The notes beneath the pieces were generated by a model. The model was not told the DNA's origin. It worked only from the letters and a program-made list of their open reading frames with translations, and ran no database searches. Position numbers and translations under genes: made by a program. Shown here in pieces: positions 30,111-39,369 of a stretch of 64,000 nucleotides of DNA (its first letter is position 1; each line of letters begins with the position of its first letter). The stretch is taken from assembly GCA_009841075.1 (NCBI GenBank), contig VXMP01000075.1:5907-69906 (forward strand), in the 5' to 3' direction. The DNA comes from Acidimicrobiia bacterium (GTDB taxonomy: Bacteria > Actinomycetota > Acidimicrobiia > Spongiisociales > Spongiisociaceae).

Positions 30111-31034
30111 TTGACCCTTCGCTATCTTCTACGAAGGTTGCTTCAGGCTCTGATCATCGTTGTCCTGGTCACGGTGGTCGTGTTCGCCCTCGTGAACGTG
30201 GTGCCCGGAGACCCGGCGTTCCTGATCCTTGGAGACGGTGCCACACCTGAGGCGGTAGCCGCCCTCCGTACCCAAATGGGGCTGGACGAACCCCTTTGGA
30301 TCCAATACTTCGAGTACATGAGCGGCATCCTCCAGGGCGATTTCGGCACGTCCGTGGCAGCTCGTCTGCCCGTGTGGGATGTGATCAGGCCGACCCTGGT
30401 TCCTACCGCCATCCTGATCGGCGCTGCGGTGGGCTTGGCGATCGTGGTGGGCATTCCGCTGGGCATTCTCGCCGGGATTAGGCGGGGGACGGCGATTGAC
30501 CGGGGCGCTCTGGTGGTCGCCCTGGCCGGACAGTCGATCCCCGCCTTCTGGCTGGGGCTGATCCTGATCTCGGTGGTGGCCTTCCGTATGGGCCTCCTCC
30601 CTACCTCCGGTTACGGCACCCCCCGGCACCTGATTCTTCCGGCCGTCGCCCTGGCCCCAACGGCCATGGGCATGTTGCTGAGGGTTACCCGCATCGGGAT
30701 GATCGAGTCGCTCGGCGAGGACTACATACTCACCGCCAGGGCCAAAGGGGCCAGGGCAGGTCGGGTCTACCTCAGGCATGCGCTCAAGAACGCGGCCATT
30801 CCGGTGGTGACGATTGTCGGGCTACAGATAGGTGCCCTACTCGGCGGTGCCATTATTACAGAGACGGTGTTTGCCTGGCCCGGAATCGGACGGTTGGCGG
30901 TGAACGCCTTGATAGCCCGCGATTGGCCGGTGGTGCGAACCATCGTGCTGTTCGTTGCTGTCGGCCTGGTGTTCATCAACATCGTCGTCGACCTCGTATA
31001 CGCCCACCTTGACAAACGGGTTCGGTTCGGATGA
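30111..31034 (+). CDS. ABC transporter permease (DppB/OppB-like)
   Basis: Six TM segments and an EAA-like loop, LRHALKNA. Confidence 0.9.
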   Translation: MTLRYLLRRLLQALIIVVLVTVVVFALVNVVPGDPAFLILGDGATPEAVAALRTQMGLDEPLWIQYFEYMSGILQGDFGTSVAARLPVWDVIRPTLVPTAILIGAAVGLAIVVGIPLGILAGIRRGTAIDRGALVVALAGQSIPAFWLGLILISVVAFRMGLLPTSGYGTPRHLILPAVALAPTAMGMLLRVTRIGMIESLGEDYILTARAKGARAGRVYLRHALKNAAIPVVTIVGLQIGALLGGAIITETVFAWPGIGRLAVNALIARDWPVVRTIVLFVAVGLVFINIVVDLVYAHLDKRVRFG

Positions 31035-31930
31035 TCGAAACCACTACGGGCGTATCGGCTGAATCCGTAGGCCGGGCTCGAATATGGCATATCCTATGGC
31101 GGGATGGCCGGCTGGCCCTGGTGGGGGGCAGCATCATCCTCTTGGTCATCGCAGCGGCGATAATCGGCCCGCTGGTCCTGTCGGTCGACCCGCTGACCCA
31201 GGACCTGCTGGGTAGGTTGAACGGGCCGGGCTGGGTGGACGGCCAGGGTGTCCGGCATCTGATGGGCACCGACCCCTTGGGCCGGGATGTCCTGGTGCGG
31301 GTTCTGGTCGGTGCCCGCTACTCACTGGTCATCAGTGCGTCGGCGGTTTTAGGTGCAATTGTGATCGGCAGCGTGGCGGGCTTGGTGGCAGGCTACGTCG
31401 GGGGTTTCGTGGATGACCTGATAATGAGGATCGTCGATGTCCAGCTCAGCTTCCCGGTTGTCCTGCTGGCGCTGGCTCTGGTGGCGATTGTGGGGCCGAG
31501 CGCCGGAAATGTGGTGCTGGTATTCACGCTGACCGGCTGGCCGATCTTCGCGCGGACCACCAGAGCCTCCACCCTGGTTCTCAGATCCCGCGACTTCGTG
31601 GACGCGGCGGTGGGTATGGGTGCCGGATCGCCTACGGTGCTGCGCCGCCACATTCTTCCCAACGGTCTCGGACCATTGACGGTGGTGGCCACCTTTGAGC
31701 TGGCCAAGGTGCTCATATTCGAATCGTCGCTGAGCTTCCTCGGTCTAGGGGTGCAGCCGCCCACCCCCACCTGGGGAAACATGATGTCCGACGGTAGGGG
31801 TTACCTCGAGTCCGCCTGGTGGATCACCTTCTTCCCGGGGATTGTCCTGGTACTCACCGCGGCCGCCACCAACTGGCTCGGAGACGGCCTGAACGCCATT
31901 ATCGATCCCAAGCAACGCCGGCGGCGATGA
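31031..31930 (+). CDS. ABC transporter permease (DppC/OppC-like)
   Basis: Overlaps the upstream permease by 4 nt and has the typical BPD_transp_1 TM pattern. Confidence 0.9.
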   Translation: MIETTTGVSAESVGRARIWHILWRDGRLALVGGSIILLVIAAAIIGPLVLSVDPLTQDLLGRLNGPGWVDGQGVRHLMGTDPLGRDVLVRVLVGARYSLVISASAVLGAIVIGSVAGLVAGYVGGFVDDLIMRIVDVQLSFPVVLLALALVAIVGPSAGNVVLVFTLTGWPIFARTTRASTLVLRSRDFVDAAVGMGAGSPTVLRRHILPNGLGPLTVVATFELAKVLIFESSLSFLGLGVQPPTPTWGNMMSDGRGYLESAWWITFFPGIVLVLTAAATNWLGDGLNAIIDPKQRRRR

Positions 31931-33096
31931 CCCGACCGTCTCGGGTAGGGTTGAGCGACCCCGGCCGGCAGCTTCTTATGCTGGGGGATCAGGTCGGAGA
32001 GGCCGTCGAACGGGTCTTGGGATCCGGGGTTTTCCTGGCCGGATCCGAGAGTGCGGCGCTCGAAGGCGAATTCGCGGCTTGGCTGGGCCGGGACGCCGGG
32101 CTATGCGTGTCGTCAGGATCAAGCGCCTTGGAATCGATGCTCTACGCCCTCGGCGTGGGCAGCGGCGACGCGGTGGCGGTTACCTCCAACCTAGACATCT
32201 CCGCGGTGGCACCGATTGTCCGGTTGGGGGCGGAACCTGCCTGGGTAGACGTAGTGCCCGGCACGACCGGCATGAGCGTGGACGACCTGGACGCCCGCTG
32301 GGATGGCCGAATCCGGGCGATACTGCTCGTACACACCCATGGCTATCCGGCGGCTGCCCAAGCTGCGGCCCGGCTGGGGCGGGAAAAAGGGGTTCCCCTG
32401 ATCGAGGACATCACCCACGCACCCGGGGCCTGGCTGGGAGGGGAGCGCGTGGGTACCTTCGGACGGGCCGCCATTATGAGCTGCGCCCCTACCAAACCTT
32501 TGGCCGCAGTCGGAAGTCTGGGGTTGATCGCAGCCGACGACACCCGGCTGATCCGTAGAGCCCGCGAGTATGCCTCATACGGTTTCGAGCTGGCCGCCTT
32601 GGAGGCGCTCCACCGCGGCCAGGCCGGGCCGCACTTCGACTACGTTACCGCCGGCATCAACGGTCTTCCTGACGAGCTTTCGGCGGCCATTGTCCGGGCG
32701 AAGCTGCCTTTAATGGATGGTTGGGCGGATCGGCGGCGGGCCAAGGCCACCCTTTACGATGATATCTTCGCCCGGGTCGGGCGGGTTCGGGCGGTGCCGG
32801 TGGGATGTCCGTCGAAGTCGGGTTCGGCACCGCGTAGCTATGTGATCCTGGCCGAGGATCGGGACGGCTTGGCGAAGGCTCTGGAGGCACGGAATATCGG
32901 CGTCTCGTATAACTATGTGCCCTCTCTACATCGTCAGCGCATCTTTGCAGCGGATGACCCGGTGGCCTTGCCTGCCACCGATCGTTTGGACGATACGATC
33001 CTCGGTCTTCCCAATGCTCCGGAAAACCGGGACGACGAAACGGAGTATGTGCTGGAAGTGCTCGAATGCTTGCTGACCCAACCTGGGGGCGGTTAG
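31927..33096 (+). CDS. DegT/DnrJ/EryC1/StrS family PLP-dependent aminotransferase
   Basis: The ATG overlaps the permease stop (ATGA). The PLP-lysine region MSCAPTKPL matches the DegT SF(H)PTKNL motif. Confidence 0.8.
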   Translation: MTRPSRVGLSDPGRQLLMLGDQVGEAVERVLGSGVFLAGSESAALEGEFAAWLGRDAGLCVSSGSSALESMLYALGVGSGDAVAVTSNLDISAVAPIVRLGAEPAWVDVVPGTTGMSVDDLDARWDGRIRAILLVHTHGYPAAAQAAARLGREKGVPLIEDITHAPGAWLGGERVGTFGRAAIMSCAPTKPLAAVGSLGLIAADDTRLIRRAREYASYGFELAALEALHRGQAGPHFDYVTAGINGLPDELSAAIVRAKLPLMDGWADRRRAKATLYDDIFARVGRVRAVPVGCPSKSGSAPRSYVILAEDRDGLAKALEARNIGVSYNYVPSLHRQRIFAADDPVALPATDRLDDTILGLPNAPENRDDETEYVLEVLECLLTQPGGG

Positions 33097-33120
33097 ATAA
33101 GGGGCCCGGCCCGGCAAGAA

Positions 33121-34242
33121 TCAGGGTTGGGGAGTACCGGCGAGCAGCCTTCCGGGTGTGTCTACCGTCATCGTCCGCCAACGATTTTCGTCTATCCCCA
33201 CCTCGGTAAAGCGCGGGCGGAGAGTGGTCGGTAGGTGGCCCAGTCCCCAGCCACCCCATTGGCGGGTCATCATCCGGTAGCAGAGATCGTGTGAGAGCAG
33301 GATGCGGTCCCCACGACCCCGCCGCCATAGGTCGGCCACTTCCCGAATCCGGCGGGTGTCCGAGGGAAGCTGGACGAAGGCACCGTCCCGGGTGAATCCG
33401 GTCTGGAACCCGAAAGTGTCGTACTCCAACACTACGCCCCTGGCCAGAAGATCGTCCTGATAACCCGGGTCGTTTCCCGAACCATCCTGATGGCAAAGGA
33501 CCAGCCGGTAGGGATCACCTCCGGCGGCGATGTAGCGTTCAACCGCGGCGATTGTGGGAGGCCGAGCTTCGGGCAGGGCACCGGAGACGACGTGGAGCCA
33601 GACGGAGGCACCGGTTCGAGACGCGGCGATCGCCGCCGCTTCGAGCACCTTGAGCTCGCACCATTCGAACTCCTCGACTCCGATCTCGCCTATGACTCCC
33701 GCCGGTGGGTCGCCGGATTCGGAAGGGGTCAGGTCCGCAACCATCCGGTCGGCCAGATCATCCAGGGATGAGGTATGAACCCAATCGGGATGGGACCGAT
33801 GAACGTAGATACCTGTCGATCCGACCACGTTCACCCCGCTCTGCTTCGCAACCACCGCCAGTGCACCTCGGTCGGGGCCCAGCCCTACGGTGGTGAGGTC
33901 CACTACGGTACGGCCGTTGGCGGCTATGAAGGGCTGGAGTTCGTAGACCGCGTCGGCGGTGGACAGGCGGAGCAGGTTTACTCGGTGGGCGGCCGGCGCA
34001 GCTACCAACCGCCAACGATCGCCGGGATCGAACGGAAGCTGTACCTCGTTTTCTTCCGTACCGGGCCGATAGCGGCAGCCGAAATCGATGATCAGATGCT
34101 CGTGAGGCAGTACAAATCCCAGATCCTGGCGCAGGACCGGCCCGAGAACGGTCTGGGCGACCTCGGGAGGAAGGCGCGAGGACCCTCCGTTGGTCATTCT
34201 GGGCCGCCGCCCGGGGATATGCCTTGGGTGCGGGTTATCCAA
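33121..34242 (-). CDS. Phosphotriesterase (PTE) family TIM-barrel metal-dependent hydrolase
   Basis: GFVLPHEHL metal-binding motif and PTE-like length. The true start may be the internal ATG at about 34197. Confidence 0.8.
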   Translation of the reverse strand: MDNPHPRHIPGRRPRMTNGGSSRLPPEVAQTVLGPVLRQDLGFVLPHEHLIIDFGCRYRPGTEENEVQLPFDPGDRWRLVAAPAAHRVNLLRLSTADAVYELQPFIAANGRTVVDLTTVGLGPDRGALAVVAKQSGVNVVGSTGIYVHRSHPDWVHTSSLDDLADRMVADLTPSESGDPPAGVIGEIGVEEFEWCELKVLEAAAIAASRTGASVWLHVVSGALPEARPPTIAAVERYIAAGGDPYRLVLCHQDGSGNDPGYQDDLLARGVVLEYDTFGFQTGFTRDGAFVQLPSDTRRIREVADLWRRGRGDRILLSHDLCYRMMTRQWGGWGLGHLPTTLRPRFTEVGIDENRWRTMTVDTPGRLLAGTPQP

Positions 34243-34425
34243 AAAGCCATATCAAGCCCGTCTCCACGAATTTCTTCTCGCCTGCTCCCAAAGGGTAGTG
34301 AGGGCTTAATCGGCGGCCGCCCTCTACCGGGTCCGCTCTCGCGCCCGAAAAATCAGGGCTAGAGTTCAATGGTCGTTCCCATTACCTCGACTTCCCAAGA
34401 GACCATTCAATCGGAGGTTAACTTC

Positions 34426-35490
34426 ATGTCGGATCGGGCCCGCATCGCTCTCTCGATATCCACCAGATCGAACGGAACCGCACCCACGCTGGCTACCTAC
34501 CGTGGCTTCATGCTCGGATTCGAGGCCCTGGCCGCCGACCGCGATCTGGGAGTGCCGCTGGACTGGGTGCTGCTGGACGATCACGGTGACACCCGACAGT
34601 CGGCCCTGCTCGCCGAGACGGTGGTGGCCGACCCGAGGTTCGTCGGGGTGGTCGGTCCGATGGGCTCTTCCGAGGCTTTTGCCAATGCGCCGATCTTCAG
34701 CGCCGGTGGGCTCCTCCAGGTGAGCCCGTGTGCGTCGCATCCCGATCTGTGCCGGAAGGGCTACCAAACCTTCCACCGGCTGGTGGCCAACGAGGAGACC
34801 CAGGGAGGGGCTCTGGCCAGGCTGGCCATCAACCAACTCCAGGCCCGAAAGGTCGCAGTGGTACACGACTCGGATGCCTTCGGTGTGTCGGTGGCCGACA
34901 ACTTCTGCTCGGCGTTCGAGAGTATCGGGGGGTCGGTGTCTACCCGGGTTTCGATCAGCAAAACCGCTACCGAGTTCGAAAACCTGGCCCAGGAAGTGGC
35001 CGCGTCCGACCCGGAAACCGTCTTCTTCGGAGTGCACGCCACGGAAGGTCTTCTGGTGTCGGCGGCTATCCGGGCCACGGGTTGTTCGGTGCCTTTCCTC
35101 GGCACGGACGGGCTGAAGACGTCTTTCTTCCTCGGCGGCGGCGACCCTGGCCAGGAGGCTGTTCACACCCACACCGGTGCCGATTTTCGCCGCCTTGAGT
35201 CGGCCCGATCCTTTCGGGAGCGGTATGTGGCGGCCTATCCGGAGGACAGTACCTACAGCCCTGAGGCCTACGACAGCGTGATGATGATCGGAGAGGCACT
35301 TAAACAAGCCGGTTCGGTATCTCGGCCGCAGGTTCTGGAAGCCTTCGCCGACCTCACCCCCTACCAGGGTATTACCGGTACGGTGTCATTTGACGAGGTC
35401 GGGGAACGGGTGGACGCTCCCGTCAGCTGGTACCGGGTGGCCAGGCAGGACGGGGAGAGGGTTATGAACTATCAAGGGGTGGTGGTCTGA
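34426..35490 (+). CDS. Periplasmic-binding-protein type I (LivJ/AmiC family) ligand-binding protein without an obvious signal peptide
   Basis: PBP1 fold sequence. The N-terminus MSDRARIALSIST has no hydrophobic leader, which suggests a cytoplasmic AmiC-like sensor. Confidence 0.75.
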   Translation: MSDRARIALSISTRSNGTAPTLATYRGFMLGFEALAADRDLGVPLDWVLLDDHGDTRQSALLAETVVADPRFVGVVGPMGSSEAFANAPIFSAGGLLQVSPCASHPDLCRKGYQTFHRLVANEETQGGALARLAINQLQARKVAVVHDSDAFGVSVADNFCSAFESIGGSVSTRVSISKTATEFENLAQEVAASDPETVFFGVHATEGLLVSAAIRATGCSVPFLGTDGLKTSFFLGGGDPGQEAVHTHTGADFRRLESARSFRERYVAAYPEDSTYSPEAYDSVMMIGEALKQAGSVSRPQVLEAFADLTPYQGITGTVSFDEVGERVDAPVSWYRVARQDGERVMNYQGVVV

Positions 35491-35530
35491 GGACTACCTA
35501 GCCCTTTAACAAGTCGGAGAAAGGCGGATC

Positions 35531-36472
35531 ATGGCTTCAAAGAGCACCAAGGTTATCGAGGTGGTAGACGCCGACGGCGTGGTAGCGAAGATTCCTATCG
35601 GGACCGCGATCGGCGACAACGGCGGCCCGGGCTTGGCGGTGATCGGGGGGGTTCACGGGACCGAATATGCGGCTCAGGAAGGGACTGTGGAGTTCTGGAA
35701 CGAGATTGACGCTTCCAAGCTGCGCGGATCGGTTCGGGTGGTGCTGTGCGCCGACACCTTGGCTCTCGAAGGCCACAGCGCCTACGTGAATCCGGTGGAC
35801 GGCAAGAACCTCAACCGGGTCTGGCCGGGTGATCCGAACGGGACCATCACCGACCGGATCGCCCATGCCATCACCACCCAGGTCATCTCTCATTCGGACG
35901 TGGTGATCGACGTCCACGGTGGAGAATGGGACGAGGACATCGGCTGTTTCATCATCACCCACGCAGTGGGAGACGAGGACCTGGACCGGCGTACCCTCGA
36001 GCTGTCGATGGCCCTCGGCTTCACCTTCGTCGAGGTTACCGATGCCAACGGCCCGATCCTCGGCGTGGGGACCGGATCCGGCGAGGCGATGAAAGGTGGT
36101 AGGCCTGCCCTGACCCTGGAAGCCGGAGGGGTAGCCCGCCGGGAGCGCCGCTACATAGACGCCCACAAATATGCCCTCCGTAATGCCCTGCACCATATGG
36201 GGATTCTCGATGGCGACCCGATCATGTGGGACGGAGAACCGATCCTTCTGGACCATGGGATTCTCATGAAGACCACCGAGGGCGGTATTTACCAGCCTGC
36301 GGTCGAGGTCGGTCAGTGGATCGAAGAGGGAGCGGTTTTCGCCCGGGTGCTTTCCTATTCGGGTGAGGTGCTCGAAGAGATTTTGGCCCCCGAAGCCGGG
36401 ACCGTGCTCGACGTGATCGTGGCTCGGGCCATCAAACCGGACGGCTTCGGGGGCAAGATAGGCGTACTCTGA
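35531..36472 (+). CDS. Succinylglutamate desuccinylase / aspartoacylase (AstE/AspA) family zinc deacylase
   Basis: AVIGGVHGTEYAAQE, NLNRVWPG and DVHGGE zinc-ligand motifs. Confidence 0.8.
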   Translation: MASKSTKVIEVVDADGVVAKIPIGTAIGDNGGPGLAVIGGVHGTEYAAQEGTVEFWNEIDASKLRGSVRVVLCADTLALEGHSAYVNPVDGKNLNRVWPGDPNGTITDRIAHAITTQVISHSDVVIDVHGGEWDEDIGCFIITHAVGDEDLDRRTLELSMALGFTFVEVTDANGPILGVGTGSGEAMKGGRPALTLEAGGVARRERRYIDAHKYALRNALHHMGILDGDPIMWDGEPILLDHGILMKTTEGGIYQPAVEVGQWIEEGAVFARVLSYSGEVLEEILAPEAGTVLDVIVARAIKPDGFGGKIGVL

Positions 36473-36484
36473 GAAGGGGCGAAC

Positions 36485-37255
36485 ATGGGTGTAAGAGGAC
36501 GGGTGGCGATAGTCACCGGTGGGGCCGGGGGGATCGGATTCGGAATTGCCGACCACCTCGCCGAATCCGGTGCCCGGGTGGCGATCTTCGACCGTGATCC
36601 GGAGGGCACCGCCAAAGCCGCCCAACGGCTAACGGAAACCCACGGGAGCGGCTCGGCCACCTCGGCGGTGGTTGACCTGACCGACCGCGCCGACGTGGGC
36701 CGGGCGGTTTCGAACCTCAAGGAGGCGTTCGGTTCGATCGATATCGTGGTCAACAACGCCGGCGTTATCACCCCGCCGACGGCTATCGAGGAATTGTCCG
36801 AACGGGATTGGGATTGGGTTATGAACACCAATATCCGGTCCCAATATCTCCTGTGCGGCGCGGTGGTTCCTCATATGAAGGCGGCGGGATTCGGGCGAAT
36901 CGTCAACATCGCTTCGAGAAGTTGGCTGGGCGGAACCGGGTTGAGCAACTATGCGGCGTCGAAGGGTGCGGTGGTGGCCTTCACCCGTAGCCTGGCCATC
37001 GAGCTCGGACCGGCCGGAATCACCGCCAACTGCGTGTCTCCGACCCTGGTGGTAACGCCACTTTTCCTCAATACACCGGAATCCGATCAGGCGGCGGTTA
37101 TGGCCCGGGTGGCCCGCCAGCCGATCGCCCGGCCCGGCACGCCCCGAGACATCGCCCAAGCCGTGAAGTTTTTCGCCGACGAGAACTCGTCCTACATCAC
37201 CGGCCAGCACCTCTACGTCGGGGGCGGGGGCGACCTGGTATACAGCACCCCGTAG
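36485..37255 (+). CDS. SDR family oxidoreductase (FabG-like)
   Basis: TGGAGGIG, NNAG and YAASKGAV motifs. Confidence 0.88.
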   Translation: MGVRGRVAIVTGGAGGIGFGIADHLAESGARVAIFDRDPEGTAKAAQRLTETHGSGSATSAVVDLTDRADVGRAVSNLKEAFGSIDIVVNNAGVITPPTAIEELSERDWDWVMNTNIRSQYLLCGAVVPHMKAAGFGRIVNIASRSWLGGTGLSNYAASKGAVVAFTRSLAIELGPAGITANCVSPTLVVTPLFLNTPESDQAAVMARVARQPIARPGTPRDIAQAVKFFADENSSYITGQHLYVGGGGDLVYSTP

Positions 37256-37263
37256 ATGGCTTC

Positions 37264-38124
37264 GTGATCGTTGATTTTCGGGTCCATCCCCCTTTTAAGT
37301 CGCTAAACGGCATCCATTTCTTCCGGCCCAGACCGAGGGTGGAGGATCCGGTGAGCGGGAATCCTTTTGTCCACGGTCGAGAGACTCCCGCCTCTTTTCA
37401 CGATCGATCCCTGGACACCTACCTAGCCGAGATGGAGGCGGCCGGGATTGACCATGCGGTCATCTCGGGCCAGCACGTTGACGAGAAGTGGGGCAGTTCC
37501 AGCAACGACGACGTTGCCGAGCTGGTGCGGATAGGTGAGGGCCGATTCTCCGGATTCGCCGGCCTCCAGCCGCACGCCCCCGATCTGATGGCAGAAGCCA
37601 GGCGCTCCGTTCACGATCTCGGGCTGGTAGGGATCGCGCTCACGCCTGGTTGGGCCGACCCGCCGGTGCGGGAAGACGATCAGTTGCTGATGGAACTTTA
37701 TCGTTGGTGTTCGGACCAAGGTGTCCCGGTGATGGTGACCAGCTCGCACTTCATCGGGCCGGATATGCTCTATGCCCACCCGGTCTATCTGCAGCGGGTG
37801 GCGCTCCGGTTTCCCCAGCTCACGTTGATCGTGGCGCACGCTTCCTGGCCTTGGACCACGGCGGTTTGCGCCTTGGCGATGAGGTGCACCAACGTTTACC
37901 TGATGCCTGAGTTCTATATGTATCTTCCCAACATGCCGGGCAGTCGAGACTACGTGGACGCCGCCAACGGCTTCCTCAAACATCGTATGCTCTACTCGTC
38001 CTGTTATCCCTCCAACAGCCTTGCCCAGGCGCTGGAGCACTTTCGCGCCCTGGAGCTAACCGATTCGGCCCGGGAGCACCTTCTTTCCATAAATGCCGTC
38101 CGGTTGCTGGGTCTCGAAGGGTGA
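37264..38124 (+). CDS. Amidohydrolase-2 (ACMSD-like) family metal-dependent hydrolase
   Basis: About 286 aa with a TIM-barrel amidohydrolase_2-like pattern (HxH-type N-terminus, the conserved H of VAHASWPW, a C-terminal D). Confidence 0.6.
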   Translation: MIVDFRVHPPFKSLNGIHFFRPRPRVEDPVSGNPFVHGRETPASFHDRSLDTYLAEMEAAGIDHAVISGQHVDEKWGSSSNDDVAELVRIGEGRFSGFAGLQPHAPDLMAEARRSVHDLGLVGIALTPGWADPPVREDDQLLMELYRWCSDQGVPVMVTSSHFIGPDMLYAHPVYLQRVALRFPQLTLIVAHASWPWTTAVCALAMRCTNVYLMPEFYMYLPNMPGSRDYVDAANGFLKHRMLYSSCYPSNSLAQALEHFRALELTDSAREHLLSINAVRLLGLEG

Positions 38125-38861
38125 ATAGCCCGCCGGTCGCTCTGATCACCGGGGGTGCGGGCGACATCGCGCTGGGTTCGGCTATCAGGCTGGCCGGAAT
38201 CGGGATGAGGACGGTACTGGCCGACATCTCCGCCGAACGGCTCGATGCAGCTGCGGAGTCGGTACGGACCGCGGGCGGTAGCTGCGATCAGCGGGTGGTG
38301 GACCTGTCATCCCCCGAGGCCTGCGTGGCCCTGGTGGAAGAAGTATGGGACGACATAGGGCCGATCACCGCGGTACTCAACGCCGCGGCGGTGACCCATC
38401 GCGCCCTGATCCATGAGTTCACCCCGAGCATGTGGGAAAAGCTGGTGTCGGTGAACCTGTCCTCGGTGTTCTGGATCTGCCGGTCGGCCATCGGGCGGAT
38501 GCTGGACGAAGGGAAGGGGGGCGTGATCGTCAACCTCGGCTCTGTTTCGGGTATCCGAGGTATTGCCGGCACCCCGGCCTACTCCGCCACCAAGGGAGGT
38601 GTGGTGGCCCTCTCCCGGGCTCTCGCTCTCGACTACGCCCGCAACGGCATCCGGGTGCACGTTCTGACCCCTCCCGCCATCGACACCCGCCTCTACCGGG
38701 CGATGTTCGCCTCCAAAGCCGACCCGGTCCGAGCGCGGGCCGAATACGAAGCCGGAGAGGCGGCAGGACGGGTACTGACCGTCGCCGAGATAGCGTCTCT
38801 GATCGAGTTCTTGGTTCGGGGGGAGGGCCCGGCCTTTTCGCCGGATCCGCTGGTTTGGTGA
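38121..38861 (+). CDS. SDR family oxidoreductase
   Basis: Overlaps the previous gene by 4 nt. TGGAGDIA Rossmann motif and YSATKGGV catalytic motif. Confidence 0.85.
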   Translation: MNSPPVALITGGAGDIALGSAIRLAGIGMRTVLADISAERLDAAAESVRTAGGSCDQRVVDLSSPEACVALVEEVWDDIGPITAVLNAAAVTHRALIHEFTPSMWEKLVSVNLSSVFWICRSAIGRMLDEGKGGVIVNLGSVSGIRGIAGTPAYSATKGGVVALSRALALDYARNGIRVHVLTPPAIDTRLYRAMFASKADPVRARAEYEAGEAAGRVLTVAEIASLIEFLVRGEGPAFSPDPLVW

Positions 38862-38879
38862 TCGACCCCGATCCGATCC

Positions 38880-39365
38880 CTACTGTTCGATCCGTTGTTT
38901 CAGGGCTTTCAGGTTGCCGGACCAGATACGGGCGAAGACCAACCTGCCCACCCGGGCCCCGAACGGGCCGCCGAAGCGCAGGGGAAATCGGATCTGCTCC
39001 TGCCACCTCAGCCGGCAAAGTCCGGGTTTGGTCTCGGAGAGCTCGAAGCGGCCGGTTCCCTGGAACAGGCCGGCATGACGACCGGCTACCGTCTTCAGAT
39101 ACTCCACCTCGGTGATCTCGAAACGGTCGGTAGCCCGAAGCGGCCCAACCCGGGTTTCGATCAGAAGCACCACGCCCACCCCCTCCCGCTGATCGTTTAC
39201 GAAGCGGATGGCATAGGCATCCTTCATCCACTCGGTATGCGAGGCGAAGTCGACCAGCTCCGACCAAATCCTTTCCGGGGAGGCTTCGATATCCACGCCG
39301 ACGGTGAGGCGAACCTCCGACTGTCGCCTTATCCAGCGGCCTAAACCCCGCCCCGAATTGCTCAT
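38880..39365 (-). CDS. SRPBCC (polyketide cyclase/START-like) family protein
   Basis: 161 aa with a ...PERIWSELVDF...W...-type SRPBCC pattern. Confidence 0.6.
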   Translation of the reverse strand: MSNSGRGLGRWIRRQSEVRLTVGVDIEASPERIWSELVDFASHTEWMKDAYAIRFVNDQREGVGVVLLIETRVGPLRATDRFEITEVEYLKTVAGRHAGLFQGTGRFELSETKPGLCRLRWQEQIRFPLRFGGPFGARVGRLVFARIWSGNLKALKQRIEQ

Positions 39366-39369
39366 TGTC

